Assembly (NCBI GenBank): GCA_047967505.1
Contig: CM106538.1
Direction: 5' to 3' (one strand)
From: Dipteris shenzhenensis
Lineage: Eukaryota
DNA length: 64,000 bases
A program made the position numbers and the translations under genes. The first letter of the stretch is position 1. Every line of letters starts with the position of its first letter. The notes under the pieces are model-generated. The model did not search any database, had not been told where the DNA came from, and worked only from the letters and a program-made list of their open reading frames with translations. This document shows positions 26,990 to 41,065 of the stretch, one piece after another.

Positions 26990-29900
26990 ATTTCTCCGAT
27001 GGGCACAAAACTTTGTACATGCCTCAACCTAGGTCTTATTGACTTGCATACAAAGTGTTGCACCCATCTCATAAGTACTTGTTCGGATAACACACCTCCA
27101 AACGTATTTTATGACGATTGTGCATAACACTAGGAACAAAATGGTGTATCATGTGAGATCCACTATGCAAAGCATATCCAATGGACACAAGACTTTACAC
27201 GTTCCTCAACCTAGGCAGTATTGACTTGTGTGCAAAGTGGCATCCCCATCCGATAAGTACTTATTTGAAAAATACACCTACGATCGTGTTTTTTGACCGT
27301 TGTATATGACACCAAGGCCAAAAACGGTATTTAATACTCAATCTACCATGTAAAGCATATCCGATGGGCACAATACTTTGCACGTGCCTCAAAATCGGTG
27401 GTATGGTATTCCATGCAAAGTGGAATGCCCATTCAATAAGGACTTTTTAAAATATCACACCTAGGACCATGTTTTCTATTGGTGGTTGTCCATGACACTA
27501 AGGCAAAAAAGCTAATTTATGCTTAATCGACAATGCAACGCATATGCGATCATCACACTAATTTGCACACATCTCAACCTAGGTATTATTGACTTACATG
27601 CAAAGTGGCGTGCCCATCCCTTAAGTACTTAGTCGAATAACACATCTAGGACCGCGTTTTTTGATGATTGTGCATGACACTAAGGCCAAAACAGTGTTTA
27701 ATGCTTGTTCGACAATGCAAAACATATCCGATGGGCACAATACTTTGCACACACCTTCAACTAGGTGGAATCAACTTACATGCTAAGTGGCACGCCCATC
27801 CCATAAGTGCTTGATCGGATAACATACCTTGCAGCGTGTTTTTTTACGGATGTGCATGACACTAGAGCAAAAATAGTATTTAATGCTCGATCGACCATGC
27901 AAAAGATATCCGATGGGCACAACACTTTTTGTACACCTCAACCTAGGTGGTATTGAAATGTTCTCAAAGAGGCACACCCATCCAATAAGTACTTGGTCAG
28001 ATAACACACCTAATGGCGTGTTTTTTTGTGGATGTCCATATCACTAGGGAAAAAATGGTTTATAATGCGTGATCGACCATGCAAAGCATATCTGATGGTG
28101 GCAATACTTTGCATGCACCTCAACATAGTTGAAACGGACTTACGTGCAAAGTGGAGCCCCCATCCAATAAGTACTTATTTGAATAACACACCTACGGCCG
28201 TGTTTTTTGATGGTTGTACATGACACCAAGGCCAAAAACAGTGTATAATGCGTGATCGACCATGTAAATCATATCCTATGGTGGCAATACTTTGCACGCA
28301 CCTCAACGTAGTTGAAACGGACTTGCGTGCAAAGTGGAGCCCCCATCCGATAAGTACTTGTTTGAATAACACACTTAGGACCGTGTTTTTTCATGGTTGT
28401 GCATGACACTAAGGCAAAAACGGTGTCTTATGCTTGATCGAGAATGCAAAGCATATCCGATGGGCACAATACTTTGCACACACCTTCAACTAGGTGGAAT
28501 TGACTTACATGCAAAGTGGCACACCCATCCCATAAGTGCTTGATCGGATAACATACCTAGCAGCGTGTTTTTTTACGGATGTGCATGACACTAGAGCAAA
28601 AATAGTATTTAATGCTTGATCGACCATGCAAAGGATATCCGATGGGCACAACACTTTTCGTACACCTCAACCTAGTTGGTATTGAAATGTTTTCAAAGAG
28701 GCACACCCATCCGATAAGTACTTGGTCAGATAACACACCTAATGGCATGTTTTTTTGCAGTTGTGCATATCATTAGGGAAAAAATGGTGTATAATGTGTG
28801 ATCGACCATGAAAATCATATCCGATGGTGACAATACTTTGCACACATCTCAACCTAGTTGAAACGGACTTGCGTGCAAACTGGAGCCCCCATCTGATAAG
28901 TACTTGTTTGAATAACACACCTAGGACCGTGTTTTTTCATGGTTCTGCATGACACTAAGGCAAAAACGGTGTTTTATGCTTGATCGAAAATGCAAAGCAT
29001 ATCCGATGGGCACAATACTTTGCACACACCTTCAACTAGGTAGAATCAACTTACATGCAAAGTGGAATTCCCATCCCATAAGTGCCTGATCGGATAACAT
29101 ACCTCGCAGCGTGTTTTTTTACAGATGTGAATGACACTAGAGCAAAAATAGTATTTAATGCTCGATCGACCATGCAAAGGATATCCGATGGGCACAACAC
29201 TTTTCGTACACCTCAACCTAGTTGGTATTGAAATGTTCTCAAAGAGGCACACCCATCCGATAAGTACTTGGTCAAATAACACACCTAAGGGCGTGTTTTT
29301 TTACGGATGTGCATATCACTAGGGAAAAAATGGTGTATAATGCGTGATCGACCATGCAAAGCATATCCGATGGTGACAATACTTTGCACGCCCTGCAACA
29401 TAGTTGAAACGGACTTGCATGCAAAGTGGATCCCCCATCCGGTAAGTACTAGTTTGAATAACACACCTAGGACCATGTTTTTTCACGGTTGTGCATGACA
29501 CTAAGGTAAAAACGGTGTTTTATGCTTCATCGACAATGCAAAGCATATCTGATGGGCACAATACTTTGCACACACCTTCAACTAGGTGGAATCGACTTAC
29601 ATGCAAAGTGGCATGCCCATCCCATAAGTGCTTGATCGGATAACATACCTAGCAGCATGTTTTTTTACAGATGTGCATGACACTAGAGCAAAAATAGTAT
29701 TTAATGCTCGATCGACCATGAAAAGGATATCCGATGGGCACAACACTTTTTTTACACCTCAACCTAGGTGCTATTGAAATGTTCTCAAAGAGGCACACCC
29801 ATCTGATAAGTACTTGGTCAGATAACACACCTAAGGGCGTGTTTTTTTGCGGATGTGCATATCACTAGGGAAAAAATCGTGTATAATGCGTGATCGACCA

Positions 29901-32340
29901 TGCAAAGAATATCCGATGGTGACAATACTTTGCACACCCTTCAACGTAGTTGAAACGGACTTGCGTGCAAAGTGGATCCCCCATCCAATAAGTACTAGTT
30001 TGAATAACACACCTAGGACCGTGTTTTTTCATGGTTGTGCATGACACTAAGGCAAAAACGGTATTTTATGCTTGATCGACAATGCAAAGCATATTCGATG
30101 GGAACAATACTTTTCACACACCTTCAACTAGGTGCAATAGACTTACATCCAAAGTGGCATGCCCATCCCATAAGTGCTTGATCGGATAACATACCTAGCA
30201 GCGTGTTTTTTTACAGATGTGCATGACACTAGAGCAAAAATAGTATTTAGTGCTTGCTTGACCATGCAAAGGATATCCGATTGGCACAACACTTTTCGTA
30301 CACCTCAACCTAGGTGGTATTGAAATGTTCTCAAAGAGGCACACCCATCCTATAAGTACTTGGTCAGATAACACACCTAAGGGCGTGTTTTTTAACGGAT
30401 GTGCATATCACTAGGGAAAGAATGGTGTATAATGCGTGATCGACCATGCAAGGCATATCTGATGGTGACAATACTTTGAACGCCCTTCAACATAGCTGAA
30501 ACGGACTTGCGTGCAAAGTGGAGCCCCCATCCGATAAGTACTAGTTTGAATAACACACCTAGGACCGTGTTTTTTCATGCTGGTGCATGACACTAAGGCA
30601 AAAACAGTGTTTTATGCTTGATCGATAATGCAAAGCATATCCGATGAGCACAATACATTGCACACACCTTCAACTAGGTGGAATTGACTTACATGAAAAG
30701 TGGCACACCCATCCCATAAGTGCTTGATTGGATAACATACCTAGCAGCGTGTTTTTTCACAGATGTGCATGACACTAGAGCAAAGATAGTATTTAATGCT
30801 CGATCGACCATGCAAAGGATATCCGATGGGCACAACACTTTTCTTACACGTCAACCTAGGTGGTATTGAAATGTTCTCAATGAGGCACACCCATCCGATA
30901 AGTACTTGGTCAGATAACACACCTAATGGCATGCTTTTTTGCGGATGTCCATATCACTAGGGAAAAAATGGTGTATAATGCGTGATCGACCATGCAAAGC
31001 ATATCCGATGGTGAAAATACTTTGCATGCACCTTAGTTGAAACGGACTTCCGTACAAAGTGGAGCCCCCATCCGATAAGTACTTATTTGAACAACACACC
31101 TATGGCCGTGTTTTTATATGGTTGTGCATGACATTAAGGCAAAAACGGTGTTTTATGCTTGATCGAGAATGCAAAGCATATCCGATGGGCACAATACTTT
31201 GCACACACCTTCAACTAGGTGGAATTGGCTTACATGCAAAGTGGCACGCCCATCGCATAAGTGCTTGATCAGATAACACACCTAGCAGCGTATTTTTTTA
31301 CGGATGTGCATGACACTAGAGCAAAAATAGTATTTAATGCTCGATCGACCATGCAAAGCATATTCGATGGGCACAATAGTTTTCGTACACCTCAACCTAG
31401 GTGGTATTGAAATGTTCTCAAAGAGGCACACCCATCCGATAAGTACTTGGTCAGATAACATAACTAAGGGCATGTTTTTTTCGGATGTGCATACCACTAG
31501 GGAAAAAACGGTGTATAATGCGTGATCGACCATGCAAAGCATATCCGATGCGCACAACGCTTTTCGTATGCATCAACCTAGGTGGTATTGAGATGTTCTC
31601 AATGAGGCATACCCATCCAATAAGTACTTGGTCAGATAACACACCTAATGCCGTGTTTTTTTGCGGATGTCCATATCACTAGGGAAAAAATGGTGTATAA
31701 TGTGTGATTGACCATGCAAAGAATATCCGATCGTGACAATACTTTGCACACACCTCAACGTAGTTGAAAAGGACTTGCGTGCAAAGTGGAGCCCCCATCC
31801 GATAAGTACTTATTTGAATAACACAGCTACGGCCCTGTTTTTATATGGTTGTGCATGACACAAAGGCAAAAACGGTGTTTTATGCTTGATCAACAATGCA
31901 AAGCATATCCGATGGGCACAATAATTTGCACACACATTCAACCAGGTGGAATTGACTTACATGCAAAGTGGCATTCCCATCGTGTAAGTACTTGATTGGA
32001 TAACACACCTAGCAGCGTTTTTTTTAATGGATGTGCATGACACTAAGGCAAAAATGGTATTTAATGCTCGATCGACCATGCAAACCATATCCGATGGCCA
32101 CAATACTTTTCCTACACCTTAATCTAGGTGGTATTAAAATGTTCTCAAAGAAGCACACCCATCCGATAAGTACTTGGTCAGATAACACACCTAAGGGCGT
32201 GTTTTTTTGCGGATGTGCATACCACTAGGGAAAAAACAGTGTATAATGCGTGATCGACCATGCAAATCATATCTGATGGTGACAATACTTTGCACTCATC
32301 TCAACCTAGTTGAAAGGGACTTGCGTGCAAATTGGAGCCC
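26990..32340. repeat. Satellite array, ~29-30 monomers of 182 bp with a 546-bp trimeric higher-order repeat
   Basis: ATAAGT(A/G)CT anchors spaced 182 bp apart (e.g. 28532, 28714, 28896, 29078, 29260); three monomer types recur in A-B-C order. Confidence 0.96.
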
Positions 32341-33613
32341 AGCTACACAGCGCGGGCCCATCTCCCATGCCGTCTTATGCCCCTTCCCCCATGTTGTCTT
32401 ATGCCCCTTCTGCCATGCCGTCTTATGCCCCTTCCCCCATGCTGTCAGGAGGTCCTTCTGTCTCGCAGAGCCGTCGGTGTACTCTTGTGCAATCGAGACT
32501 CGGTTCTCCAGCTACGAGTGGTCCACGTAGTCTCGTGCAGTCTCCAGCTACGAGTGGCCAGCATACTAGCTCGACACGACATGGTAGCAGGCGTAGTAGC
32601 AAGGAGAGCGGTGGGGGATGCATGGCATAGTACTTTGGGAGGGGTGGTGGTGGGGACGATCATGATTCAGATGATTTAGACGTGCCTCTGGGTGATGGTA
32701 CGATATTCTATGACATCACTCAGACAGGAGGCATCTTGATGGATGCACGGGGGAAGGAAATCATGGCCTTCATGCGCTCTATAATTGCTAACAATTACAG
32801 ATTGCTTTATCCACTACAAAGACCAGCCAAAGAGGTTGGTTGATGAGACCCTTGCTACTGTTCGCTCTAGGTATCCTAACCCCCCCAATCGTCAGATCAC
32901 AGATAAATGGGCCAAGTCAAAGATTGTTATGATACTTGGCAATAAAAGATCTTCGCTTTAAGAGGCAGGCACTAGCGGAGCTTGCCAGGCTCGAGGGAGG
33001 TCAACCACCAAGGGGCCCACCCCACACCACTCACAAGCATGAGTGGAAGAAAGCAATGAAGTCAGCGAGGGAGGACCCCAGTCTACAGCACGTGGAGGCA
33101 CGAAGGATCCAGATGGAGCAATATGGAAGCATGCATTTTGGAGCAGGTGGTGTTGATTCATGGGAGGCCCAATTTGTAAGTATCGATCTCAAATTATATT
33201 ACTTAAGTAGTTTATTAGGAGGTTGTTTCTTTGTACTAACCCCTCCGCAAATTGTGTCGTCTTGCAACTTGATATCGTGGGCAGATACCCTACTCCTGTC
33301 GAGATAGCCTACCACCACCACCATCGCAGAGGAGATACATGGAGGCACTTCTATCATGATGGGTTGATTACTGAGGAGCAGTATATCCAGGCTACTGGAG
33401 CGGCCCCCGAGGTATTTGAAAGTAATTAAATAATGTCAATATTATAAGTAAAGATTTGATTTTTCATACATTGATATATGTTGTCCCTTGTTTATAGGTC
33501 CCTCCACAAGAAGACGAGGAAGAAGACGAGGAAGGAGGCGGAGAAGGGAGTGCAGAAGGGAGCACAGAAGGGAGCATGGAAGGGAGCGAGGATTAGTCGT
33601 AGAAGTAGTGCTA
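32341..33613 (+). pseudogene. TnpA/Ptta-like gene of CACTA family 2, 5'-truncated and frameshifted
   Basis: DITQTG..MDARGKEIMAFMRSII...RYPNPPN...HFGAGG..WEAQF followed by a GTAAGT donor; same motifs and same intron position as the family-1 gene. Confidence 0.72.
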
Positions 33614-34256
33614 GCTACTCTTTTTTGTACTTAAAGCCATTGGCTTGGCTTCGTGCCTCTTGTATATACACTCCTCTTCTTTTTTGTACTTGAAGCCACA
33701 TGACTGGCTTAGCTTCGTGCTATATGTACATACAAGCACTTTTTGAGCTTTCAATTTTATTGCGTTTTGGAGTTGTAATATTTTATTTAGAATTGTAATT
33801 AAAATGCGATTGGCTGTAAGAATTGAATTACACAATGTGGAAATGAAATTCTTGTAACTACATAGCATACACAACATACACAACATTCTGTAAATTTAAA
33901 AACATATATTATATAGTGCGTCTATCAGTGCATCTATAAATGCGTCTATATACGCGTCTGTCTATTCGAGAAGCATTTATTTGTGCGTCTATAAACGCAT
34001 CTATAAGACCATTTATAAATGCATCTATACACACGTTTAACAATGCGTCTGTCTGCTTTTTAAATTTTTTAGCAGAGCATCTATTTACGTGTCTAGATGT
34101 GCATCTATATGCATGTCTGTCTGCTATATAGATGCACTGTTAGATGTGGGTCTCTAGACATAGAAATAGACGCACAAATAGACGTGCCCGTAAGTTTCTT
34201 TTTAAGTTCAATAAACGCATCTGTGTGTGCGTCTATGGGTGCTTTGTCTTGTTGTG
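32341..34256. mobile_element. 3' part of a second CACTA family
   Basis: Contains a homologue of the family-1 second gene, different subterminal repeats (GCGTCTATA/TAGACGC, ~33915-34240) and a degenerate end ...GTCTTGTTGTG (one mismatch to TTGTAGTG). Confidence 0.7.
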
Positions 34257-35799
34257 ACGATGGACCTTCGAGCTAGGTCCCCGAACCCCTCCTACAATTG
34301 CTATTACTTATAGAGCTCACCAAGCTCTTCCAAGATCCTCCCTGCTGAATAGTAGTGTCCCTACAGCCACCAAGAAGCTCTCCACACATGCAACTAGCGA
34401 CCTCCCCAACCAAGCTCACGTCCCCCTTTAGCTTAGATCCTCATGGCCTACATAGTAGGGATGCCTTCCCCATGAAACCAAGAAGCACATGCTACATGCT
34501 CTCTGTCATCCAAAGTACTCTTCAGGCCATGGCTTCTCCTTTACTCATAGAGCACACACATTGTCACAGTTCATCAGCCTCCTACAAAGTTGCCACCTCT
34601 GCAACAAAGTTCTTGTCTCCACTGTATCCTTTTCTCACGTACCTACTCACGTCTTCTCTTGCTCACATGGATCTCCCCTCTCCTATCGCCTTCGATCCTC
34701 CTTGCATACCCAAACTAGACTCCCCAATCAAAAGGCCTCTAGCCTTCTATAGTAGAGACACCCTCCAGAGAACTCCATTCACACCTCCTTCTCGCCTCTC
34801 AGCTTGCATGTCCATTCCAGCTAGTGTGTTGATGAAAACTTCCCGAATTCTCCTTCACACCCAGGCTTCACATACATCCCAGCTCCCCCAATCCAAAAGC
34901 TTACCCTCCTTCTTTACGCAGCCAACTTATATGCATGGCTTTTTTACAAGAGCTACACTCTTCTTGATTTCTAGGTTAGCCACCTCATGTTGGCCTTTTT
35001 ACCACTCTCCAAGTTTTCCAAAACATAGACCAAGACTTTAATGCCCAACCTTAGACTTTGTGCACACTACTGCATGTCACAAGCACTTAGTATCCAATTT
35101 CCCATCGACTATCCACATATGATGAATATAATCCTGACACAGTGGATTTACAAGGCATCCACAACGAAAAGAATGTTCATGCTTTCATGCATATATGGCT
35201 TGAGAAAAGCATTGAAAACATTTGTCATCCCACACAATCACACACTAGATACCATGCTCTGGAATGTTTAGTACACCCACTCTGCATTTTCATCATATCC
35301 CAAGGGTCCCTGCAAAATCATTTACAATCTCAAAAAAATATTTACATCAGTATAGTCTTTTGATGAGAGTTTCCATAAACTCAATTAGATTCAAGAAGGA
35401 CTAACTGTCGCATTCCTATCAATTTAATTAAACAAAACAGAACAAACATCGAGGTTATACCAATTGACCTTCTGGAACTCGAGGATCCCAACTCCATTGC
35501 TCCAGAAGACCTTAAGGAGCAACGAGTGAAACAAAAGCACATAAGAAAATAATCAATAATTTGATCAAAACCCAGACAAAGAAAGAGATACGGGCATAGA
35601 GCCACCAAACTAAATTCTGGAGATGTACAAAGTGACAAGGGACAAGACACAGACATAGAGCCAGATTTACAAATCAACAATAGTGGATATTACACAGTGC
35701 CAGAGAGCGCACGAGAGGAGGGTGAAGAACCAAACGAAGGAGCACCAAAAAGTCCATCGAGACTTCCACAACCACTGGTTCCACCAATGGCACACCCAA

Positions 35800-36460
35800 G
35801 TATGGCCAGTTTGAAATGTAAGTTTTCAAAATTCTGAGAAAAAGAGAACATCTGGACAGTCACGTGGCTTAATTCAAGAACTATGGTAGGAAAGCAGCTT
35901 CAACACTTCGTTTAGAGATTAAGAAAAGCTCCAACAGTTTGCTAGAATGCTTGCTGTAAAGCAATGAGATGGTTCACCCCATATGGAGTGGCAAATTTTA
36001 CAACATATGAGGAACTCAAGACGTCATTTCTAGAAATATTCAAAAAGGAGAAGACTCCAAGTAATGTTCAAAAAAAGTTGCAGGAATTGAAATAGAGAAA
36101 GCTAATAGTGGGGGGTCATGCTCAGCAATATCTCAATTTGAATAAAAGACTTGATCCTACCAAAAGACCAACACCAAAAACAATTTTACAAGGGAATGCA
36201 GCTGGAAATCAAAAGTGTCGTGCGACAGCATGGCTATTCCAGTGGGTCAAAATGGATTCAACACTCTCATAGAGGCAGCCAAATGCATGAAAAGAAAAAT
36301 CGGCACAACAAGGAAAACGAAGAAGACGTGTACAGATTCTGAAGAAGATTTTGATAATAGTCCAAACGACTCAAAAATTGAGTCCAATTCTGGATCCGCC
36401 CCAAGCAATGATGATTTCGACAATGATTTGGATGATGATGAAAAGAAAAATAAACAATTT
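35800..36460 (+). pseudogene. Retrotransposon gag-like fragment (Ty3/gypsy type)
   Basis: AMRWFTPYGVANFTTYEELKTSFLEIF...KKLQELK*RKLIV matches the Retrotrans_gag A..WF...TW.ELK..FL..F...L..LKQ pattern; stops and frameshifts. Confidence 0.65.
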
Positions 36461-36749
36461 GGATGAGGCGTGGAGAGGTGGAGCAGATAGAGGAGAAAGA
36501 GGCTATACTAAACTTCCTACCTAGAGTGTTGGGTGATATAGTTGTTCAATGGGAAATGGTAATATAAAGTAGTCAAAGCCCTTAATAGATGTAGCAAGGA
36601 CGAAGCTCGATAGGTGGCTCATAGAATGGAAAGAATCTCGCATTGCCATTCATAGAAAAAACCAAAAGGAGAAAGGGACAGTCAGTAGACTATCAAATGT
36701 CGCCATGCAATATTATACCCAGATTGCTAATGGTACACTTTCCACTGGT

Positions 36750-37007
36750 TGCATTGAAAATTCTGGAGGAATTGGGTGGGGGAGTGGAAGGAAAAGTGTA
36801 TCAATGGGTTAAGTTAGAAAGTGTGCCATGTTTCAAGACAATTCTATTTTATGCTGGGTAAGAAGTTGAGGCACGATACTGCACATGCATATAAATCGTT
36901 GAAGACAGAGCTGGCAATGACCATAATGCATAGGGCCATGTATCGAGCCATTGGTTACACGCACATTAGCAATCTTTGGTTAATCAGCCCATACTTTAAT
37001 AGAGGTA
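36750..37007 (+). pseudogene. Protein kinase N-lobe fragment, cut by a CACTA terminus
   Basis: LEELGGGVEGKVY (Gly loop), YAG/KKL (1-nt frameshift at ~36858), KTELAM..H..Y.AIGY, LWLISPYFNRG, then CACTA at 37008. Confidence 0.65.
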
Positions 37008-37800
37008 CACTAAAAGGCATAGGTCCTTTTCCGATGAAAATACTGACCTTTTTTACACATAAGTTTTTTTAACGAGTGTAAAGGTTGTTATTTACGTCGC
37101 GATAAACGTCGAAAAAGAACGGTCACTATATAGCGACACTAATAAACGTTGCTATATAGTGACACTGATAAACGTCACTATATAGTGACACTCGTAAACA
37201 TCGATATATAGTGACACTAGTAAACATCGCTATATAGCAACAACTAACAGAAGCTTTTAAAAAACATTAATGGGGCTAAACAAGGCCACATCAAGCCCTA
37301 TTTTGCCCCACTAATGTTTTTTATTTAGTAATTACAAAATAATGTTTTTTATTACAAAATTTTCCTTGTGGAAAGGGTGATACAAAATTGCTCAAATGAA
37401 TCGAGCGACAGAAGCATATACATGTCGAAGATATACAACGTTGTTTGTTACAAAATGACCCTTTCGAAAAGGGTGATACAAAATTGCTCAAACAAGCCGA
37501 TATACAAAAGCATATATATGGCGAAGTATATGCAAACTACTACTACTACTATGCTCATCTGAATCGTCGTCCTCCTCCTCATCCTCGTCTTGTTGACCTG
37601 CTCCCTAGCCCTCGTGAGCTGTGTCTGCTCCTTGGCCCTCGTGAGCTGTGCCTGATCCCTAGCCCTCGTCGAAGCCGTGTAAGCCTAATCCCTCATCATC
37701 ACCACTCACCTCCACTGATGGGATGTTTGAGCTTTGATTCTAAGAGTGAAACCATATTAATTTGCAATTAGATTTTTGAAATTAGATTGGAACTTAAAGA
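37008..37800 (-). mobile_element. Inverted right-terminal fragment of a diverged family-1 CACTA element
   Basis: CACTAAAAGGCATAGG at 37008, followed by CTATATAG subterminal repeats, the hairpin and the last exon; reverse-complementary to ~3550-4277. Confidence 0.85.
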
Positions 37801-37844
37801 ATAAAAAACACGATATGAGTGTCTTTATAATTAAATAAACTAAA

Positions 37845-40800
37845 ATCGCGTTTTCTAGCAAAAACTCCTACTGATGCAAAAACATCATGTCCAGAGAAAA
37901 TCAGGTGAATCTGCAAGATAGTTGTGTTGATCATTCAAAAGCTCTTCAGAAGATGAAGCAGATGACTATGAGCTGATGCAGTAGAATTAGATAGATGAAG
38001 AAGACAATTGGAAAGGTAGATCAAGACTGTGGTGTATTTAAGTACCTAATTCCTTTCTCTCCATGGCTTTTGCACAAGTTTAGGTAGGTGGGGATGATGA
38101 TGGGGAAAAAAGAAAGGCCTAAAGTATTGTCCAAATGAAGATGAGGAAGAAGATGAAGATTCAAAACTGTTGAATGGATGGGGAAAAGTGAAGGTAAGAG
38201 GAGATGGCAGAGATATCTATTCAAGTCACACTTGTCAGCCACACATGCCAAAACTGGTCTTCAAGGTACTATACTTAGAGTATCTAGTGATTGCATGCAC
38301 CCACTTTTAGACCAAGCTGCTAGACTTAATCATTCCCTTTGTCATCTCCATCTCTAGTTTCATCTTCCTCCCTATAGGGTTGTGACAGACAACCTCAACA
38401 GCTCTATTACCCTGAACAATACAGCTCCAAGTCCTTCCCCTAAACCCACTACAACTCTATCTCAACCCATCAAGCTGACACCCATCAAACTGTTATCCAC
38501 ACTGACCCACTACAACTCAAGATATATCAAGCTGACAACCATCAAGCTGTCACCCATCAAGCTCTATTCACATTGATACATACTAATAAGGTTAGTACCT
38601 TTTGCTAGAAAATGCAATATTCATGTTTCTTAAGGAAAACTGCTCCAAAACACATTTTTTATCAAATTTTTGCACACCTAGCATATTTTGCTAATAAACA
38701 TGATATAGGGTGTTTTAATGGAAAAGAGCCTCAAATCGCATTTCCTAGAAGAAAAAAGTTATTCTCTATGTGATATGTCATTGGCACCTAAAGAAAGGTG
38801 AGGTCTACACAATCACAGATCAAGGAAACAGTACTGCCCACAAATATAGCAGATTCCTAAGTGCTATATATGAGTACTTGGATTTGTTTTGTCCATCGCT
38901 GGCCCTGGTGACTTGTCTGTTGCTCTTGCATAGGTGCAGTAATGGGGGGGTGTTGGGGGGATGATGGGAGTAAGGGGGGGAGGGGGGGTGTTGAAGCGAT
39001 GATGAGAGTAGGGGGGGGGGGATGATGGCAGTGATGCAGATAAGGATGTGGTGTAGGGATGTAGGAAAGTGTAGATCAAAACTACTAGAGGGATGGAGAA
39101 AAGTGTAGATAAGTGGAAAGGGCACAGTTTTCAATGCATGACACATCTGTCTTGTAAGCCAAACGTGTGGAAAACGATCTTCGAGGTACCTATGCATTCA
39201 TTTCCTCATGATTGCTTGCATAGATTTTGAGACAAAATCGCCTCTAAGTAGAGTTACCCTTCATTTCATCCCTATCTTTAGTTTCAGTTGCCTCCAACCT
39301 CACTACCTCACCAGCTCCAGCTCCAACCCCACTACCTCACCACCTCCAGCTCCAACCTCACCACCTCCAGCTCCAACCTCACTACCTCACCACCTCCATC
39401 ACAGAGTCCCACTGCAGCTCCAACTCCACCACCCACTGCAGCTCTAGCCACAACCACCCTAGCTCCATCTCACACCTCTCCAGCTCTAGCTCTAGCTCCA
39501 GCTCTACACACAAGCCCACTGGGTAAGCAATCTATCACCTATCATTGGTTTATCCTATTGTTAAGGTGAAATGGCCATTCCATAGCTTTCTCTCAAAGAC
39601 ACTTTCTGAAATGTTTTTTTGAGCACATCTCATCTGTATTCTAGGGTTTACGTGCATGGTGGAGTATAACTGATTGATTAGACTGGGCTTAAGCAAAATT
39701 TGCTCAAAAACACAATTTAAGCTATTTGTTTTTCTCTTCCATATCGCATTTTCTAGCAAAAAGTCCTTCCTCTTGATGCAAAAACATCATGTTTAGAAAA
39801 GTTTAGGTAAATGCCTAATAGCTGTTGATGCAGTAGAATTAGATAGATCAAGACTGTGGCTTTTGCGCAAGTATAGGTAGGTGGGGATAATGATGGGAGA
39901 AAACACATGCCAAAATTGGTCTTCAAGGTACTATATTTAGAGTATCTAGTGATTTCATGCACCTGTTTTAAAACCAGGCTTTTTAGAGTATCATTCATTT
40001 TGTCCTCCCTACAGGCTTGTGCACACCTAGCATGTTTTGCTAATAAATGTGATATAGGGTGTTTTTATGGAAAAGAGCCTCAAATCACGTTTTCTAGAAA
40101 AAAATGTTATCCTTTATGGACCAAGTACTAGCACCTAAGAAAAGATGAGGTCTACACAACCACAAATCAAGAAAACACTACTGCAAACAAGAATAGCAGA
40201 TTCCTAAGTGGTAGAATAAGTACCTAAATTTTTTCTATCCATGACTGGCCCTGGTGACTTGTTTGTGGCTCTTGCACAAGTGCAGTAAGGGTGGGGGGGG
40301 GTGTTGGGGGAATGATGGGAGAAAGGCAGGGGGGGGAGGGGGGGGGCGGATGATGATGGCAGTAATGCAAATCAGAACTGCTAGAGGGATGGAGGAAATT
40401 GTAGATCAGAACTACTAGAGGGATGGAGAAAGTGTAGATAAGAGAAAAGGGCATAGTTTCCAATGCATGTCACATCTTTCTTGTCAGCCACACATTTGGA
40501 AAATGGTCTTCTAGGTTCCTGTGTATTTATTTCCTCATCATTGTTTGCATAGATTTTGAGACAAAACCCCCTCTAAGTAGAGCTACCCTTCATTTCATCC
40601 CTATCTCTAGTTTCAGTTGCCTCCAACCTCACCACCTCCAGCCCCAACCTCACTACCTCACTAGCTCTTGCTCCAGCCCCACTACCTCACCACCTCCATC
40701 ACAGAGTCCCACTGCAGCTCCAACTCCAACCTCCCTCACCAGCTCCACCACCCACTGCAACTACAGCCACAACCTCCCTAGGTCCATCTCACACCTCCCC

Positions 40801-41065
40801 AGCTCCAGCTCCAGTTGTACACACAAGCCCAGGTAAGCAATCTACCACAAGTCATAAGTTTTTCCTGTTAGTAAGGTGAAATGACCATTCCATAGCTTTT
40901 TCTCAAAGGCACTCTATGAGTTGTTTTTCTAAACACATCTCATCTACATTGTAGGGTTTAGGAGGATGGTAGAGTCCAAACTGATTGATTAGAGTAGGCT
41001 TTAGTACATTTGCTCAAAATTTGAGCTTGTTCTTTGTTTTTCTCCTCCATATCGTGTTTTCTAGA
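37845..41065. repeat. Two diverged direct repeat units (~1.9 and ~1.3 kb) upstream of the H3-like gene (duplicated at ~46675-49895)
   Basis: TGATGCAAAAACATCATG at ~37873 and ~39774; CACACCTAGCAT.TTTTGCTAATAAA at ~38673 and ~40022; CTCCAACCTCAC-rich blocks ending in GTAAGCAATCT at ~39523 and ~40833. Confidence 0.8.

Noticed and set aside
27783-32228. Repeated 60-90 aa ORFs in the satellite
   Set aside because: They recur with the 182/546-bp period and are broken at variable positions; non-coding repeat.
26990-32340. Regularly spaced conserved motifs resembling a CRISPR array
   Set aside because: The intervening sequences are homologous to each other, not unique spacers; no cas genes; eukaryotic context.
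5005-34256. One 29-kb CACTA element from the copy-B left end to the family-2 right end
   Set aside because: Flanking triplets differ (TCT versus ACG) and the subterminal repeats belong to different families.
34257-35490. 228-aa ORF at 34355-35041 and a possible LTR
   Set aside because: No recognisable domain, no second LTR copy and no clear primer-binding site; left unannotated.
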